Shown here piece after piece: positions 38,771-53,191 of a DNA stretch of 64,000 bases. The notes below the pieces were generated by a model that was not told where the DNA came from, did not search any database, and worked only from the letters and a program-made list of their open reading frames with translations. A program made the position numbers and the translations under genes. The stretch is from positions 36,084,001-36,148,000 of the forward strand of contig OX597814.1 in the NCBI GenBank assembly GCA_951406725.2, in the 5' to 3' direction. The stretch's first letter is position 1. Each line of letters starts with the position of its first letter. Source of the DNA: Octopus vulgaris. Lineage: Eukaryota.

Positions 38771-40267
38771 GACTTCCATTATAGTTTTCATGGTAGGTGC
38801 AGGTATGGCTGTATGATTAAGAGGTTTGCTTTACAACCATATGGTTTTAGGTTCTATCCCACAACATGGAACCTTGAGAAAGTGTCTTCTTCTTTGGTTC
38901 TATACTGATCAATGCTTTATGAGTAGAATTCATGTGAATAATTTATCTTCACCCTGCCATTTTTTATACTGTTACCTATCATCTCTTCTCTGTCCCATTC
39001 CTATTATTTCATTGTTATCCCCAAACTGCAACCTGTCTACCATTCCTTGCATTCGTCTCTATCCCCATTTCTAACCATATGTCACTTGGCTTTCACATTC
39101 TCACAAACTTATCACTCCATCCACTCTTTCTGATTCTCTCTTTATTGTCCTGAAACTTCATAACCATTATTTTCTTCTTCCTTTCTGACTGGAATAGTTA
39201 GGTGTCTTCTCTTTAGCAAGATACCTAAACCTGACTTGCTATCATACTTTATCCTCTTGACATCTGACATAAAGCCACCTCCCTCAATGCTACCCCACCA
39301 CTCTACTGAGGGGTTTCGTCTCCCATGTTGCACAGTGACACCACAAGTGTTGATGCCACAAAATAGGCATCCAGTACACTCTGCAAAAAGGTAAGCATTA
39401 GGAAAAGCATCCAGCCATAGAAACCATGCTTAAACAGAAAGTGGAGCTTGATGAAGTCCTCCGTCTCGACATATCCTGTTGAACTGTCCATTCCATGCCC
39501 ACATGGAAGGCAGATGTTAAACAATGACAAAGATGATGTTATCACACACACATACACACATACATGCACACACACACATGCGCATACACGCACACACATA
39601 TATATGTATGTGTGCATGTGAATATGTCTATATATGTGTGTATGCATGTATGTGTGAATATATCCATGAGTAAAACTGTGGTATGTGATTTACTATCGTT
39701 ATTGATATTACAACTGTACACACTTTATTATTTTTTTTTATTTCACTATGTTTTTGAAGACCAGTGGATTAACAGAAATAGAAACAGATAAAGTTTGACG
39801 ACATGAAAAGTACCTGACTCTAAAATGTTGCCTCAAGTATGTTCTCATCCAACCCATGCTAGCATAGAAAAATATAAGTTAAATGAATAAGCGACTGAAT
39901 GAAACAACTTTTTCAGACAATCAGTGCCCTGTACACAAACTTCATTTAATTCACAGACTTTTCACTTGTGTTATGCTACTCAAACTTACACTGCATCTTT
40001 ATATGATGGACATTTAAGAGTAAATTCAGAATGTGTAATGTATTCACAAATTCTAATACACTTCAGTGGCAGATATCTTATTCATTACTATTTATTCATT
40101 ACCATATTAAACTCCCAATGGGATATGTTAGGAAAAGTAAAATCATTAGTTATGATGGAAAATAATTTCCAAACAGAAATTTCATACTATCTTCTCAATC
40201 GCATCAATACAGTTCAAATAAATAGCTAAACTTTGAATTAGTGATTTTATATAATTAATTTACATAC

Positions 40268-40394
40268 CTTCTTTGTCTATTTCAGTTTACCTTTGTCAGT
40301 TAACTTTAAGAGAATCGCAGAAATGCTTCTTAAATGCTTATCTATATAAACTATATCGAAATATTCTCCGAGAAGCACTAAAATTCAAACAATG
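40268..40394 (-). other. Candidate non-coding (UTR or lncRNA) exon, 127 nt
   Basis: Long pyrimidine tract tttctttctcttttatatttcttgcag| and donor AAG|gtatgt; stops in all three frames, no ATG. Confidence 0.45.
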
Positions 40395-41334
40395 CTGCAA
40401 GAAATATAAAAGAGAAAGAAATATAAATTTAACACAGGACTCATTCATAAATTCATAATCTCTATCATAAAATTTGTTCAATGTTACGACTGTAAATTTA
40501 GTAGGTATAAAGTTGACAAAAACATGATGCACCATCAGAATTTAAATCACATTCTCAGTGACTGAACAGTTAAAGGTTACTCGTTGTCAAATGTTTATAG
40601 CCTTTCTCCTTCAGCTTCTTAGAGAATATAAAATCAAATAGAATTTCTTTGATATGCATTCTGCCTGGGAGTGACAGATAAATATCATTCTTTTATGTAG
40701 TTTGAAACAGCTTAATACCGGTGAATTATTCATGTCTTCAGTTAACTGTTGTAAACATAATCCAATCAGTAACATTTCCAAGTAAATGGTGCCGTGACAG
40801 GAGGGCCATCTACGCAGTTTTGGAGATCACTTAGGTAGAAAATATATGGAAACTGGAATGTCTTTGATGATTGTGCGGAGACAAAATAAGTAAAACCAAA
40901 ATAGTGACAACAAACGCAGGGAAGCTAAGGAGGAAAAAGAAGAACAAGAAAGTACTTACAAAACCTTAGAAAATTAATTTATAAAGACAGCATTGAAAGT
41001 ACAATTGTTCTGATAGCAACAAATTGGTTTGAATGTATATTTACTTATTTTTAGCATTCTCTAATTTATAAATTATTTATGGAGCTACAAAAGTAGGGGA
41101 GGTCCACAAGTGTAAATTTGTGAAACATTGCTAGAATTTAAGATGGAGAAAATAAAATCTAACAAAAGCTGCACATGAATGCTATATTTTAATATATGGC
41201 TTGAGAGGAAGAAAATGTTGGTGAGGCAGTAGTTTGATGGAGAAAAGAATTTCTGGTATTTAGTTTCATCTATCTGAGTTCAAAATCCGCTGAGATTCAC
41301 TTTACAATTTCGTTTCTTTATAGAGTTGATAAAA

Positions 41335-41414
41335 TCATCATCATCATCATCATCTTTGTTGTTGTCGCCGTCGTCGTCGTCATTATCATCATCACCACCA
41401 CCACCACCACCACC

Positions 41415-41463
<49 letters not shown>

Positions 41464-41464
41464 A

Positions 41465-41496
<32 letters not shown>

Positions 41497-41740
41497 GCAT
41501 CATCGCCATTGCCATCGCTGCCGCTGCCACCGCCACCACCACCACCACCATCACTATCATCATCATCATTTAACATCCATTTTCCATATTGGCATGGGCT
41601 GGATGGTTTGACAGGTGCTGATGAGGTCGGGAGCCACACCAGACTCCATTGTCTATTTTGACATGGTTTCTATGGCTGGATGCTCTTCCTAATGCTAACC
41701 CTTATAATGAGTGAACTGGATGCTTTTTACATGATACCAT
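41335..41740 (-). mobile_element. RTE-type 3' end with a ~235-bp compound (CAT)(CAC)(CGT) tail
   Basis: Trinucleotide tract is contiguous with tttaacatccattttccat...ggctggatgctcttcctaatgc. Confidence 0.75.
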
Positions 41741-41901
41741 ATGTAAGAATATGTAAGAATACTGGGCATTAACTAATATTGTCTTGATGATTGTCATGAT
41801 GATTTCTAATAAGCTTTTTAATGCCCTGAGCCTTAAATATGGAAGCATCTAATTTGACAATTGTTTTAAACACAGACTGTGCCTATGTAAGTTCTCTCAG
41901 T

Positions 41902-42293
41902 GTGGAGGCGCAATGGCCCAGTGGTTAAGGCAGCGGACTCGCGGTCATAGGATCGCGGTTTCGATTCCCAGATCGGGCGTTGTGAGTGTTTATTGAGCGA
42001 AAACACCTAAAAGCTCCACGAGGCTCCGGCAGGGGATGGTGGTGATCCCTGCTGTACTTTTTCACCACAACTTTCTCTCACTCTTACTTCCTGTTTCTCT
42101 TGTACCTGTATTTCAAAGGGCCGGCCTTGTCACTCTCTGTGTCACGCTGAATATCCCCGAGAACTATGTTAAGGGTACACATGTCTTGGAGTGCTCAGCC
42201 ACTTACACGTTAATTTCACGAGCAGGCTGTTCCGTTGATTCGGATCAACCGGAACCCTCGTCGTCGTAACCGACGGAGTGCTTCCATCCATCC
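41902..42293 (+). mobile_element. tRNA SINE, centre E plus tail D
   Basis: A box TGGCCCAGTGG, B box GGTTTCGATTCC; perfect 13-bp TSD aagttctctcagt at 41889-41901 and 42294-42306; (TCCA)n tail. Confidence 0.9.
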
Positions 42294-43404
42294 AAGTTCT
42301 CTCAGTAATTTATGATGTACTAAAGCCAATCTCAAAATGCTTAACTTTATGAAGGAGATGTCAGAGGACTGAGATATGAAGTGCATAGCTGTACTTGAGA
42401 AGACCTGGCCACCACAACAGAATTGGGACCCTAAAACCAAGGTGCAACAAAAAAAGCACTGGAGATGGTGTTATACAAATAACACCTAGTACACTCTGCA
42501 GAGTGGTTGGCATTAGGAAGGGCATCCAGTTGTCGAAACCAAATCAAAATATACTGTGAAATCTACTGTGGGCCCTAGCTTTGCCCATTCCTGTCAAGGT
42601 ATCCAACCCATTCCACCATGGAAAACAGATGTTAAATATCACTGATGACGATGATGATAATAACAAAGTTCATTACCTCCATAAGTTACACTCGCCCTCT
42701 ATAATAATTGATCATGTGCTCCTATAAAACACCAGATTATAGAACAAAAGTAACTATCATGATTGCCACCATTCTTTATAGTAGTTTTTGATTTTGGCAC
42801 AAAGCCTGAACTTTTGGTGGTGGTAGTGTTAGTGTCGATACCATTATCCCAAGTACTTGACTGGTGCTTTAGATGATTGCACTAGAAAAGAATGAAAGGT
42901 AAAGTTAACTCCGGTGGGGTTTGATCTCAAAACGTAAAGAACTGGGATAAAGATACTGCAGAGCTATTTTGTGGCTCTCTAATGATTCCCCTAAGCCATA
43001 ACCCTGAAATACTGTTTCTATTATCGGCACAGAACTTGATACTTCGAAGAGAAAAATATCTGGCTATATCAACACCTGTACTTAACTTGTATTTCCCTTT
43101 ATTGAGCCCCTAAAGAATAAAAAGCAAAGTTGACCTTGTTGGGATTTGAACTCAGAATGTAAAATCTCAGAGCAATTATTACAAATTTTTTTACCGATAT
43201 TCAAATAATTCTGCCAATCTACAATAACATTTTATTTACTTGCAACAGTGATGACAACAAAGGAGACATTACAGAAACTAGTTACAAAGAATGTTGGGGT
43301 TTATTAAGAAATTGGATAAGGGAAAAAATGAGATTCAGATAAAAATAGTATATACAGCATACAGATGTGTGATATAGTTCTTAGAGAGGGGGACTGCCAA
43401 CTAG

Positions 43405-43640
43405 GACTATTTCTTTACTACTCACAAGGGGCTAAACACAGAGAGGACAAACAAGGACAGACAAACGGATTAAGTCGATTACATCGACCCCAGTGCATAA
43501 CTGGTACTTAATTTATTGACCCCGAAGGGATGAAAGGCAAAGTCGACCTTGGCGGAATTTGAACTCAGAACGTAATGGCAGACGAAATACCACTAAGCAT
43601 TTCGCCCAGCGTGCTAACATCTCTGCCAGCTCACCACCTT
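43405..43640 (-). mobile_element. SINE family C
   Basis: 13-bp TSD gactgccaactag at 43392-43404 and 43641-43653. Confidence 0.9.
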
Positions 43641-44723
43641 GACTGCCAACTAGAACTAGCCAAGGAGCAACACAAATCCAAAATCACTCTGGTGATTAAG
43701 GTTAATAGAAGTCTCTACAAACTGATATTCTCTGACTTACGAGCACATGTTGTAAGTGAAGCCATTCACATGTTCTCTTGTGCCATGATCACAAATGTCA
43801 CTCGCATTTTAAAAAATTTACTGTAGGTGAGAACTTCCATTTTTATCCACTATCACCTTCCTTTCCAAATGTAACTCATAAAAGTCAATGGACTTTGCCA
43901 AAGAGGAAAGTGTCTACCTTCACTCCTTTTATGTGTCAAACACATAACTTCTCTTATCACAGCATCAAGAAAGAGGAAACATTTATGTTAAAGATGGCAG
44001 AGAGATGCTACTCCTTGTTGTGGTCAATTATACTTTTATATGCTATAGTATATTGTTAGCTGGATGGGCAATAGAAAGTGAATTGTCTTTGTCAGAGTCA
44101 CAGTGCAATGCCTGTCAGGTGATATGGATGGCTTCTCTTCAGGTGTAAAGCTATTTTTCTAATGACTTTCTTTTAGGTCCAGCTCTTTCTACAGATTTAT
44201 CATATTATATAATGTAAAGTTCACCAAATCATAATTCATAAACCTAAGCTAGTGGGCAAGCACATGTTATTGTCAGGAGATAATTAAATATTTGAAGTGA
44301 ATGACAAATGGACTGCAGAATTGAAAGAGTGATTCATTATGGTATTTCATTATGTCTCTTCTATATTCTGAGTTAAAATTCCACTCAAATTCTGAGTTAA
44401 AACTCCACTCAGGCTTTCTTTGCTTTACATCCTTCTTGAAATCAATCAGAAAAATAGTACTGGTGATGATGTAACTAACGGGGGTGGCTATCATCCAATG
44501 TAGGGAAAGCAGTAAAAGAATTAAAAAAAATTTGCTTATCAAATTCAGTTTTGAAAATTCTATTAGACTTGTGGGGGCCTTTATTGGGAAAAAAAATCAT
44601 TACAGTAGGAAAAGAAAAAAAAAAAAAATGCATTAGTTTGTTGTGAAAACAGAATATATCTGTAAACTTAACGTAAATATACCATGAAAAAGTACAGTTC
44701 TGCCATTAAAAATAGTATAGAAA

Positions 44724-44765
<42 letters not shown>

Positions 44766-45206
44766 GTGATGGTGATGATGGTGATAATGGTGGTGGTGGT
44801 GGTGGTGGTGGCAGCGATGGTGATGATGATGATGATGATGAGGATGATGATGATGAATATCAGTCATCCTGGTCTTAAGGAAAAGTCCTGTGAGGATCAA
44901 ACATTGATAACATATCAGAGAAATAAGAGACAATATAAGATGAATGGTGTTTTTTTTGTTTTTTTTTTTGCATTCCACTCTCGATCGTATTTCATGCTTC
45001 AAGATGATTTCTAGCAGCAGCCTCAGGATTCCAAACCACTTTATGTGTGCATGTAAGTGTATACATACATACATACATACATACATACATACATACATAC
45101 ATACATACATACATACATACATACATACATACATACATACAAACATACACACATACATAAATACTTACACAGATTTATAACCCTCATGCATACTTACATA
45201 TATACA

Positions 45207-45246
<40 letters not shown>

Positions 45247-46479
45247 CATACATTATATATTATATAATGTATAAAACATGTGTATGTATATATACATATG
45301 TATATATACGTATATGAATCACTGTGTGTGTGTGTACACACATAGATTTGACATATACATACACAAACATATATATGCAAAGACATGCACACATGTGAGC
45401 ATATGCTCACAGATACACACACATACAAGTATATATATGGGTATGATGTGTGTAATGGCATGAAAATGCAAAGCAATTGTGCAAAATAATGTGTAGTAAC
45501 ATCTTTCATATTGCAGTGGCAGCAGCTTTGCTTTATATTTTGATGGGCTGTAGCTTATGTGCATTTTGTAAAGCGTAATGTTTACTGCAATAGCCATTCT
45601 TTTGTCATATATTCTGTTCATTCCCACTTTTACAGCTATGTTAATATAGTGTGCAGAGCCCTTCAGAGGACAATGAAAATATGCAAAATTATGGCCTATG
45701 AAATTATGATAGGGTTGTAGCAGGTAGCACGAGGAAGAAGAAAAGAGCGGAAGAGAAAAAGAGAAGAGAACAAGCTTGAAGGGTGGAAGACAGAAGGATC
45801 AGGCAACAACAACAACAACAACTACAACAACAAAAAGGCAAAGTAACTAGATACTGAAATAAGGAGAGCAAATGCAAAGGCTAGCAGTTAAAAATCAATG
45901 TCAAAATACAGCGAACGGAAGGAGGTGGCGAAAAAGGAGGAGGAGGAGGAGGAGGAGTTTGTGATGATAAAGCATATACAATGGAAGATGTATATTAGTA
46001 ATAAGTGCATGTGTAGAGACAGAGAGGAAAATATCAGGGTTCTGCTTAGAAAATTCTATGGATGCTCACTGCAGATGCATATTGCAGTAATATCTCAGAC
46101 AAGTTGCTAAGAGGTTGGCAAATTCTATTTGTAACCATTAGTATATTTTATATCAGGAGGTATGTGACTTAAGTGTCAATTGCTTTGTCTATGCAGTTCT
46201 GCTTATGTACAGCTGTGTTATGTAATTCACTAGTCATTCCATCCAGTGTGCTAATAACAACAGCAATGACAACAACAATAGTAATGCTATTATTATTTTT
46301 AATAATAATAATAGTAATGATAATAATGGGAGTAAGATAATTGAAAAGATAGGAGGAATGCATGTGAAAGCAAAGCATCCACAGAAAGCAGTGCTAGAAC
46401 CATATAAATCCTTTGCAGAGTTACCGAAATCGAATGAAAATATAATACAATAAGCTGGTCGGTGTTAAACAACAGCAGT

Positions 46480-46491
46480 AATAATAATAAC

Positions 46492-46559
<68 letters not shown>

Positions 46560-46560
46560 C

Positions 46561-46643
<83 letters not shown>

Positions 46644-46725
46644 GAAGAAGAAGAAGAAGAAGAAGAAGAACAACAACAACAACAACAACAACAATAATAA
46701 TAGTAATAATAATAATAATAATAAT
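46480..46725. repeat. Compound trinucleotide microsatellite (AAT)(GAT)(AAT)(AAG)(AAC)(AAT)
   Basis: Directly visible. Confidence 0.95.
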
Positions 46726-47097
46726 AGGGAAATACCGCAGATAAATGGGAGGGAAAGACAAGACCAATACCTGGAGGTGGTTAAGGAAAAGTAATCTGAA
46801 AGGATGCACTGTGGCATCGATTTGCAACACTCTGGAATAAGCCTTGAGAACTAATTACACCAAGTTTCAAATAGATAAGAGTATTGAATCACTCTTTGTG
46901 AGTGGTGTGGCATCAAAAATGAGACAGTCTCTCACACTGTGAATGAGTGTATCAAACTAACTGTAAACGAATATAAAAGGAAGCATGATAATGTACCTAG
47001 GTATTTTCACAGAAGACTGTATGAGAATTATGGTCTTGAAAGAACATTTAAATGGTATGAACATAAGCCAGAAGGTGTCACCGAGAATAATGAGTAC
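46726..47097 (+). mobile_element. R4/Dong-like LINE fragment (zinc-knuckle region)
   Basis: TWRWLRKSNLK...ALRTNYTKFQIDK...CGIKNETVSHTVNEC...EYKRKHDNV...WYEHKPEGVTEN. Confidence 0.8.
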
Positions 47098-47607
47098 AAT
47101 GCATAATTGACAGCAGAATTTCAAGTATCTCTTGATTGTCCTTATAACTGAAGGGAGAAAAAAGATCAATGAAAATACAATAATTAATTTGTAAAAAATT
47201 GGGAAAATACTAATTTTGCTTTTTGTTGCAGACTCTTGACCAAAAGTATTCAATTCTCTGCTTTGTCTGTTTATAGATAGTAATGTATTGTTAATTTGTG
47301 GTTAAAAAGAATGAAATTAAATTAAAACTGAATTAAATGTGTAAACTCTAAAGCAACACTTAGCAGAGTTTTGTGAAGAATTAAACTGATATAAGTATTA
47401 TAAAGTATCTTGGAAAATAGATTTTATTTTCCAAACAAGGAAATAATACATACTGCAAATCGTGAAAGTTGAATTCATAATCTTGCACTGTAACCATACA
47501 GCTACTGTGTCTCTCCATTTTCATTTTGTGGAATTAGTGAAGTGTTATTTTTCTTTCAATCATATTTGCATGAATGGAATAGTTCAGCAAACTGAAAATA
47601 TTTAGAT

Positions 47608-47825
47608 CAGTGATTTCCAATCGTTTCAGTCCATTGCTCTCTTGGTTCTATGCCTCATCCTCACTGCATCCCTCAGCTTTTAGCATTATTCAAAAGAGTG
47701 GATCACAATACCATATGAAAGATAATAATACATGAAATATCAAAGGGATAACCATAAATCCATTGTCCCATCAACAAGTTCTTCACTTGTATTGTCTCCT
47801 TAAGCGTTCCCCTGGGAAGCCACTG
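47608..47825. mobile_element. hAT-type MITE
   Basis: Perfect 8-bp TSD atttagat (47600-47607, 47826-47833); termini cagtgatttcca / tgggaagccactg. Confidence 0.85.
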
Positions 47826-49227
47826 ATTTAGATGAATAAATTGATTCTTTCAATAAACTAAACACCTCATCAATGAAATTGTGAGTGGTACCTATCTGCA
47901 TTATAGGGAATTGCTCTGGGGTACAATTCAATGGCAACGACAGCTATTTGAATTAATAAACCTATGTTTAGTTGGTCAATATAGAGCTAGCACTTTAAAC
48001 AGTCAGCCACTGCACCTCTTTAAGCATAGATAAATAAAAGCAGATTTTTGTCAGTATCACAGAGAAAACTAAAGCAATGAAATTCTTCAAATCAATATAG
48101 AGTAGAAGACTGAAGATATCAACTCACACAAATGTAAAGATTCATTTCCATTTTCCATTATTGAGCTTCACTGTGAAAGCATTAACAACACCTGCTGTAC
48201 AAGAAGCCAAACAATATTACAACAAATAAATAAAGAAATAAAATAAAGGAAGAAAACATCTATCAAAAGCTGTTTTGTGAAACTTCCATAAATACAGAAG
48301 TAGAGAAAAAATAAAAATAATAATAATAACATTGACATCATTTTTTAATGATTTATTTTATATAATTTTATTATATTTCTTTTCTACTAAAATGCTCAAC
48401 TCTGAAAATGAGAAATTTGGGTTGTTGAAAAAATAAATGTATAAAGCACTTAGGAAAATAAAAAGTAAAATGTCTGGACCACTAAAGGTAAACTTTATAT
48501 TCTAGGTCTAAAGAAGTCATTTATTCTAAGAATGTGCTGACCGATAATTTGCTGAGAACATTTTTCAAAATTTTCTTTGCTTCTTAATTGTTTATACATT
48601 TAAAAATTTTCTTTTGTGTTTTTATGTAATGTTTTGCTTTTATTTTCACTTTGAAAAGCCATATTTCTGACAGTCATTAAAATAGCAAAAAAAAAAAAAA
48701 CAAACAAAAAAAAACATGTAACACCCAATGTCAAGAAAATAACGACAAAGTTGTGGCTGGTTGGTCCATTATGAAATACATCATCACACCCTTGACTAAG
48801 TCACTTTTATGTCTGTCTAATAGGTGAAGAGAATGCTTCTTCTGCTCTGAGACAGACATCAGCTTTTCCAATTGACAACATGGGAAATGAACAATAATGT
48901 TGAGGATGGTTTTGATGGTGATGATGGTGATGATGAAGATGATGTTTAGCCCCAGGACAGCTCTGACTGAGCATACCTATAATCAAAAGGTTTCCACCAA
49001 TGACTATCTCATTTGTTTGGAGAGCATAAAAGACTACATTATCTAATGTGTGCCTTCCTTGTTTAAGACAGTGGATTAATTTAAGGAAGAATTGGTTTTT
49101 GGTTATTATTTCTAAATGGTTGTGTAACCCTGTACAGGCTGCCTCAGTGATTTGATGATAATAATGATGATAATTGAGGAGGTGACGATGATGGTGGTGG
49201 TGTTGTCGGTGATGGTACTGCTGTTGT

Positions 49228-49244
49228 CTTCTTCTTCTTCTTCT

Positions 49245-49276
<32 letters not shown>

Positions 49277-49735
49277 CAATCAGGACTCATGCCATTAGCC
49301 ACAAAGAATAATCTCTAATTCGAGCCTACTCTAAGCTACTAAGAATGCATGTGCCAACTTGAAGATCCACCCATCACACGCGATAGACTGGCAGTTGCAT
49401 GTGCATGAAAGCTACATTGTTATCCTCATTCCGTAAACAGTGGCTTTTAACAGGTGGAGAGCTGAACCATCCTGGGGTACAGAAGATTCGCAATCTAGAC
49501 TAGGGTCTGAAAGTTTACCACACCATGGTTCCTCTGCTTTGTGGAAGAAGTAGGAAGAAAGAGTGAGAGAAAGTTGTGGTGAAAGAGTACAGCAAGGTTC
49601 ACCACCACTCCCCACCAGAGCCTCGTGGAGCTTAGGTGTTTTGCTCAATAAACTCATAATGCCCGGTCTGAGAATTGAAACAGCGTTCTTATGACCGTGA
49701 GTCTGCTTCCCTAACCACTGGGCCATGTGCCTCCA
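49228..49735 (-). mobile_element. tRNA SINE, centre E plus a further tail ending in (GAA)n
   Basis: 49555-49735 aligns to the head and centre of 41902; the continuation is unlike tails D or F. Confidence 0.65.
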
Positions 49736-51672
49736 CTGCTACTGTTGTTGCTGCTATTAAGGATAATGATGTCGATGCTCATTTTCATTGCTATATCATT
49801 GTCTTCTAGACTTAGTAGAATTTACAAAAGTATTACTTATGTAATCTCAACAGGTACTGTAGGAAAGACAGATGATCACACTAAATGTTACACAGCAGGA
49901 GCATTGTAGAAATGATCAGCACATCATTATTTTGCAGTGTTCAACTGAAATAATTTCTCCCATGCATATTGCTTTAGACTTGTGTCTTTTCCGTGTAGGA
50001 ATGTTTTCCTCAACCTCATTTAACATTATAAAAGCTGCAGATAATTTCTAATACAATGTGACACTTTACAGTAAAGTACAGCAAATACAAAGGAAAAGAA
50101 AGAGAAAAGAAAAAATGCTGTGTTACCAATAAATAACCAATAAAGAAAACTTATAGTATCTCTTGGAAAATAACAGGGTTAACTAGACAAAAAAAGGAAG
50201 GAACAAGGGAGACAGCAAAAGGAAAAAAGGAGAAGGAAAAGGAGGGACACAGACAGATAGATGCAGTAAGAGATTGAGAGGAAGAGAAATTGAGAAAACA
50301 GAGAGAAAGGAAAATAATATAATATACAAGCATTAATAAATAGAAAATAGTGAAGTATATTTGATTAAGCTGGAGAGACAGAGAGATGGAGAGATGGTAA
50401 GAGGGAGAGAGGAATAGATGAATGGAAGAAGATTTTACACCATTATAAAGAAGTATAACTGTTTCAGGAAATGCTGAACATAAAAGCAAATAAAAACATA
50501 TTTGAATCCTGGCCTAAAGAATATTGAAAGTAAAGAAAATTATTGGAGTTGTAAAGCATAAGAAAAAGAAACACTAAGTCAGTGACATACAAATAGACTT
50601 TTAGTCTTTTAGTCAAATTGTGATAGGAAATTACACAAAGGTGACTAATATATTGAGAATCTTTTGAAATACTGCTAAACAGTGATAACAACAGCCACAA
50701 CAATAACAGAAGCAGAAGAACTTTTGACTGAAAACTGAAGGTGTTAGGTAGTTGAGCATATAATTCAGATTTATACCATCTTATTTAATTAAAAGATTTT
50801 TTTCTTCTCTTCACATTTTTTTTTTAAAGTCCTTTATCATTATGTAAATAAATGGGAGCATTTGGAATATGGACAAGGTAGAAAGAGATAAAGTGGAGGT
50901 TTTCCAGAGCTGGCATTGAAACAAATCATGATGATGATGATAACAATGGCGCCAACGATGATGATGAATGATGATGATGATGATGATACTGTTGATTGTG
51001 ATGGTAATGACGATGAAGATGATGATGTCAGTAAGTCAATAACGGTGCTGCTACTGAGAGCAACATTTAACATGTTGATGATGATAATGATGAAGAAAAT
51101 TATTTCATTGATTACTCAGAGGAGAAAGGGGCAATGCTTATGATCATTTAAAAGAGCTCTGCAACTGATGGGAGGAAGAGGAAAACTTATCTTAGACCAG
51201 AGACCTGCCTCAACTGTTTGCAACAAAATGGATGCTACTAAAGAACCCCAAGAGTCAGGTAGTAGTAGTGTTAAGCCAGATGATGGATTAAATCTATCTA
51301 GGACTGGTATCGAGGTATTCAATAGTTTTAGGTTATCTCTACAGTGTGTTCCTTCTTTTCAAAGCCTTACAATGTGTGCCCTTCACCTTCCAGCCTAACA
51401 ATATATGCCTCTTTTCCATTTAATTCTGCAGCTGCATCATTCAGCCATGAATTTTGAATAAGTTGAAAAATGTTGAAAATATTTTTGCAATTCCTCTCCC
51501 TCCTCCTCCTACTACTACTACTACCCTCTCTTTGACCTTTTCCTCCTCCCTTACCTCCCCACCTTCTTCTTCCCACCGCCTCTTCCACTATGTCATCTAT
51601 CTCCTCTACCACCTCCTCCACCTTCCCCCCCTCCCCCTCCTCTTCCTCTTCCACCTCCAATCTCTCCATCTC

Positions 51673-52147
51673 CAGTGACGTCACAACTCATTTCTTCAGC
51701 TGAGTGAGCTGCAGTAACACAAAATAAAGTTAGTGTCTTGCTCAAGAACACAACACACTGCCTGGTCTGGAAATCAAACTCACTACCTCATGATTGTGGA
51801 GGCACATGGCCTGGTGGTTAGAGCAGCGGACTCGCAGTTGAAAGATCATGGGTTCGAATCTCAGACTGGGTGATGTGTGTGTTTATGAGCGAAACAGCTA
51901 AGCTCCACGCAGCTCCGGCAGAAGGTAATGGCGAAACTTCTGCTGACCCTTTCGCCACAAATTTCTCTCACTCTTTCCTCCTGCATCTTGCAGCTCACAA
52001 TGTGACGGACCAGCGTCCCGTCCAGGTGGGGAACCTATATGCCAAGGAAACCGGGAAACTGGCCCTTACGAGCCAGGCATGGCTTGAGAAGGAACAAACC
52101 TCATGATTGGGAGTCTGATGCTCCAACCATTGAGCCATGTGCCTTCA
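51673..52147. mobile_element. Nested SINEs: centre E plus tail F copy (+, 51797-52097) inside a family-A head (-)
   Basis: Perfect 12-bp TSD acctcatgattg at 51785-51796 and 52098-52109. Confidence 0.9.
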
Positions 52148-52975
52148 TATTTTACAAGATGAGATATATTTTACGTATGAGTCCCTGCACAGCCATTTCA
52201 ACCTGCCACCAACTGCAGGCAACACTTCTCCCAAACACATGATGTTCTTAAGAAACGAAAAGACATTAAACAAAATTTAGAAAATGGGTGGCCACATGGT
52301 TAGGAATGTTGGGTTCATGATTATGAAGTTGTGGGTTTCATTTCTGGACAGGGCTGGTACAGTATGTCCTTAGCCAAGGCACAGCATTTCATATTGCACC
52401 AGTTTACTCAGCTATGATGAGCACTAGCCAACTCATGGTGGAGCTAAAAAAGGAGAAAGCAAAGTCTTCAGTGTGAGTATGTGGTTTGTGGGGTCGACTG
52501 TGTCCCCCTGCTTAATTTTTTGTAAATCACTCATTCTCATTTAATTGTATATATTTTGTTTGTTTATTCATACGTTTTGTCTCATTCGATACCCTGATAC
52601 CCTGACGCCAATGTTTGTTTTCACTGTCCTCGTATCGTCCCCTCTTTTTCTCAACCTTATGGTGAATAAAGAAATTCTCTCTCTCTCTTTCTGTCTCTCT
52701 CTCTCCCTCTAGCTTTCACAAATTAAATGTTCTGTTGAGTGAAGGGCAAGAGAAATGGCAGCATCTGCTTGAAACTATGACGATCCCTCAAATAATTTTT
52801 GCTAAAGCATGGTAGATGCAACAAATTCATCCTTGATTCTATAGTGAAATCTTCAAATCACAATCAAACACAATAGATAAAGTATCACATCTTCCAGCTT
52901 ACAAGACTACCCATTAATTGGATGGGTCATTTTTGTGTGGTTGTTAGAATTATAGCAAGATGTGAAACTCACTGC

Positions 52976-53034
<59 letters not shown>

Positions 53035-53191
53035 CCATCATCATCATTTTAACGTTTACTCTTCCATGCTTGCACGGGTCAGAGGTAATTTTTTATTTTA
53101 TAAAGAGATGCCCTACCAGTCATTAACCCCCCCCCCCCCTGTTTCCAAGCAAAGTAATACTTTCCTCTTTTTGGACATGTCGATCAAGACA

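Noticed and set aside
40959-40963. Possible 5-nt minus-strand microexon before gtaagt
   Set aside because: AAG acceptor is weak and such matches are frequent in AT-rich DNA
41280-46830. Poly-Asp, poly-His, poly-Asn, poly-Leu ORFs
   Set aside because: Trinucleotide microsatellites open in several frames on both strands
51168-51398. 76-aa non-repetitive ORF
   Set aside because: No recognisable domain, poor acceptor, and length expected by chance
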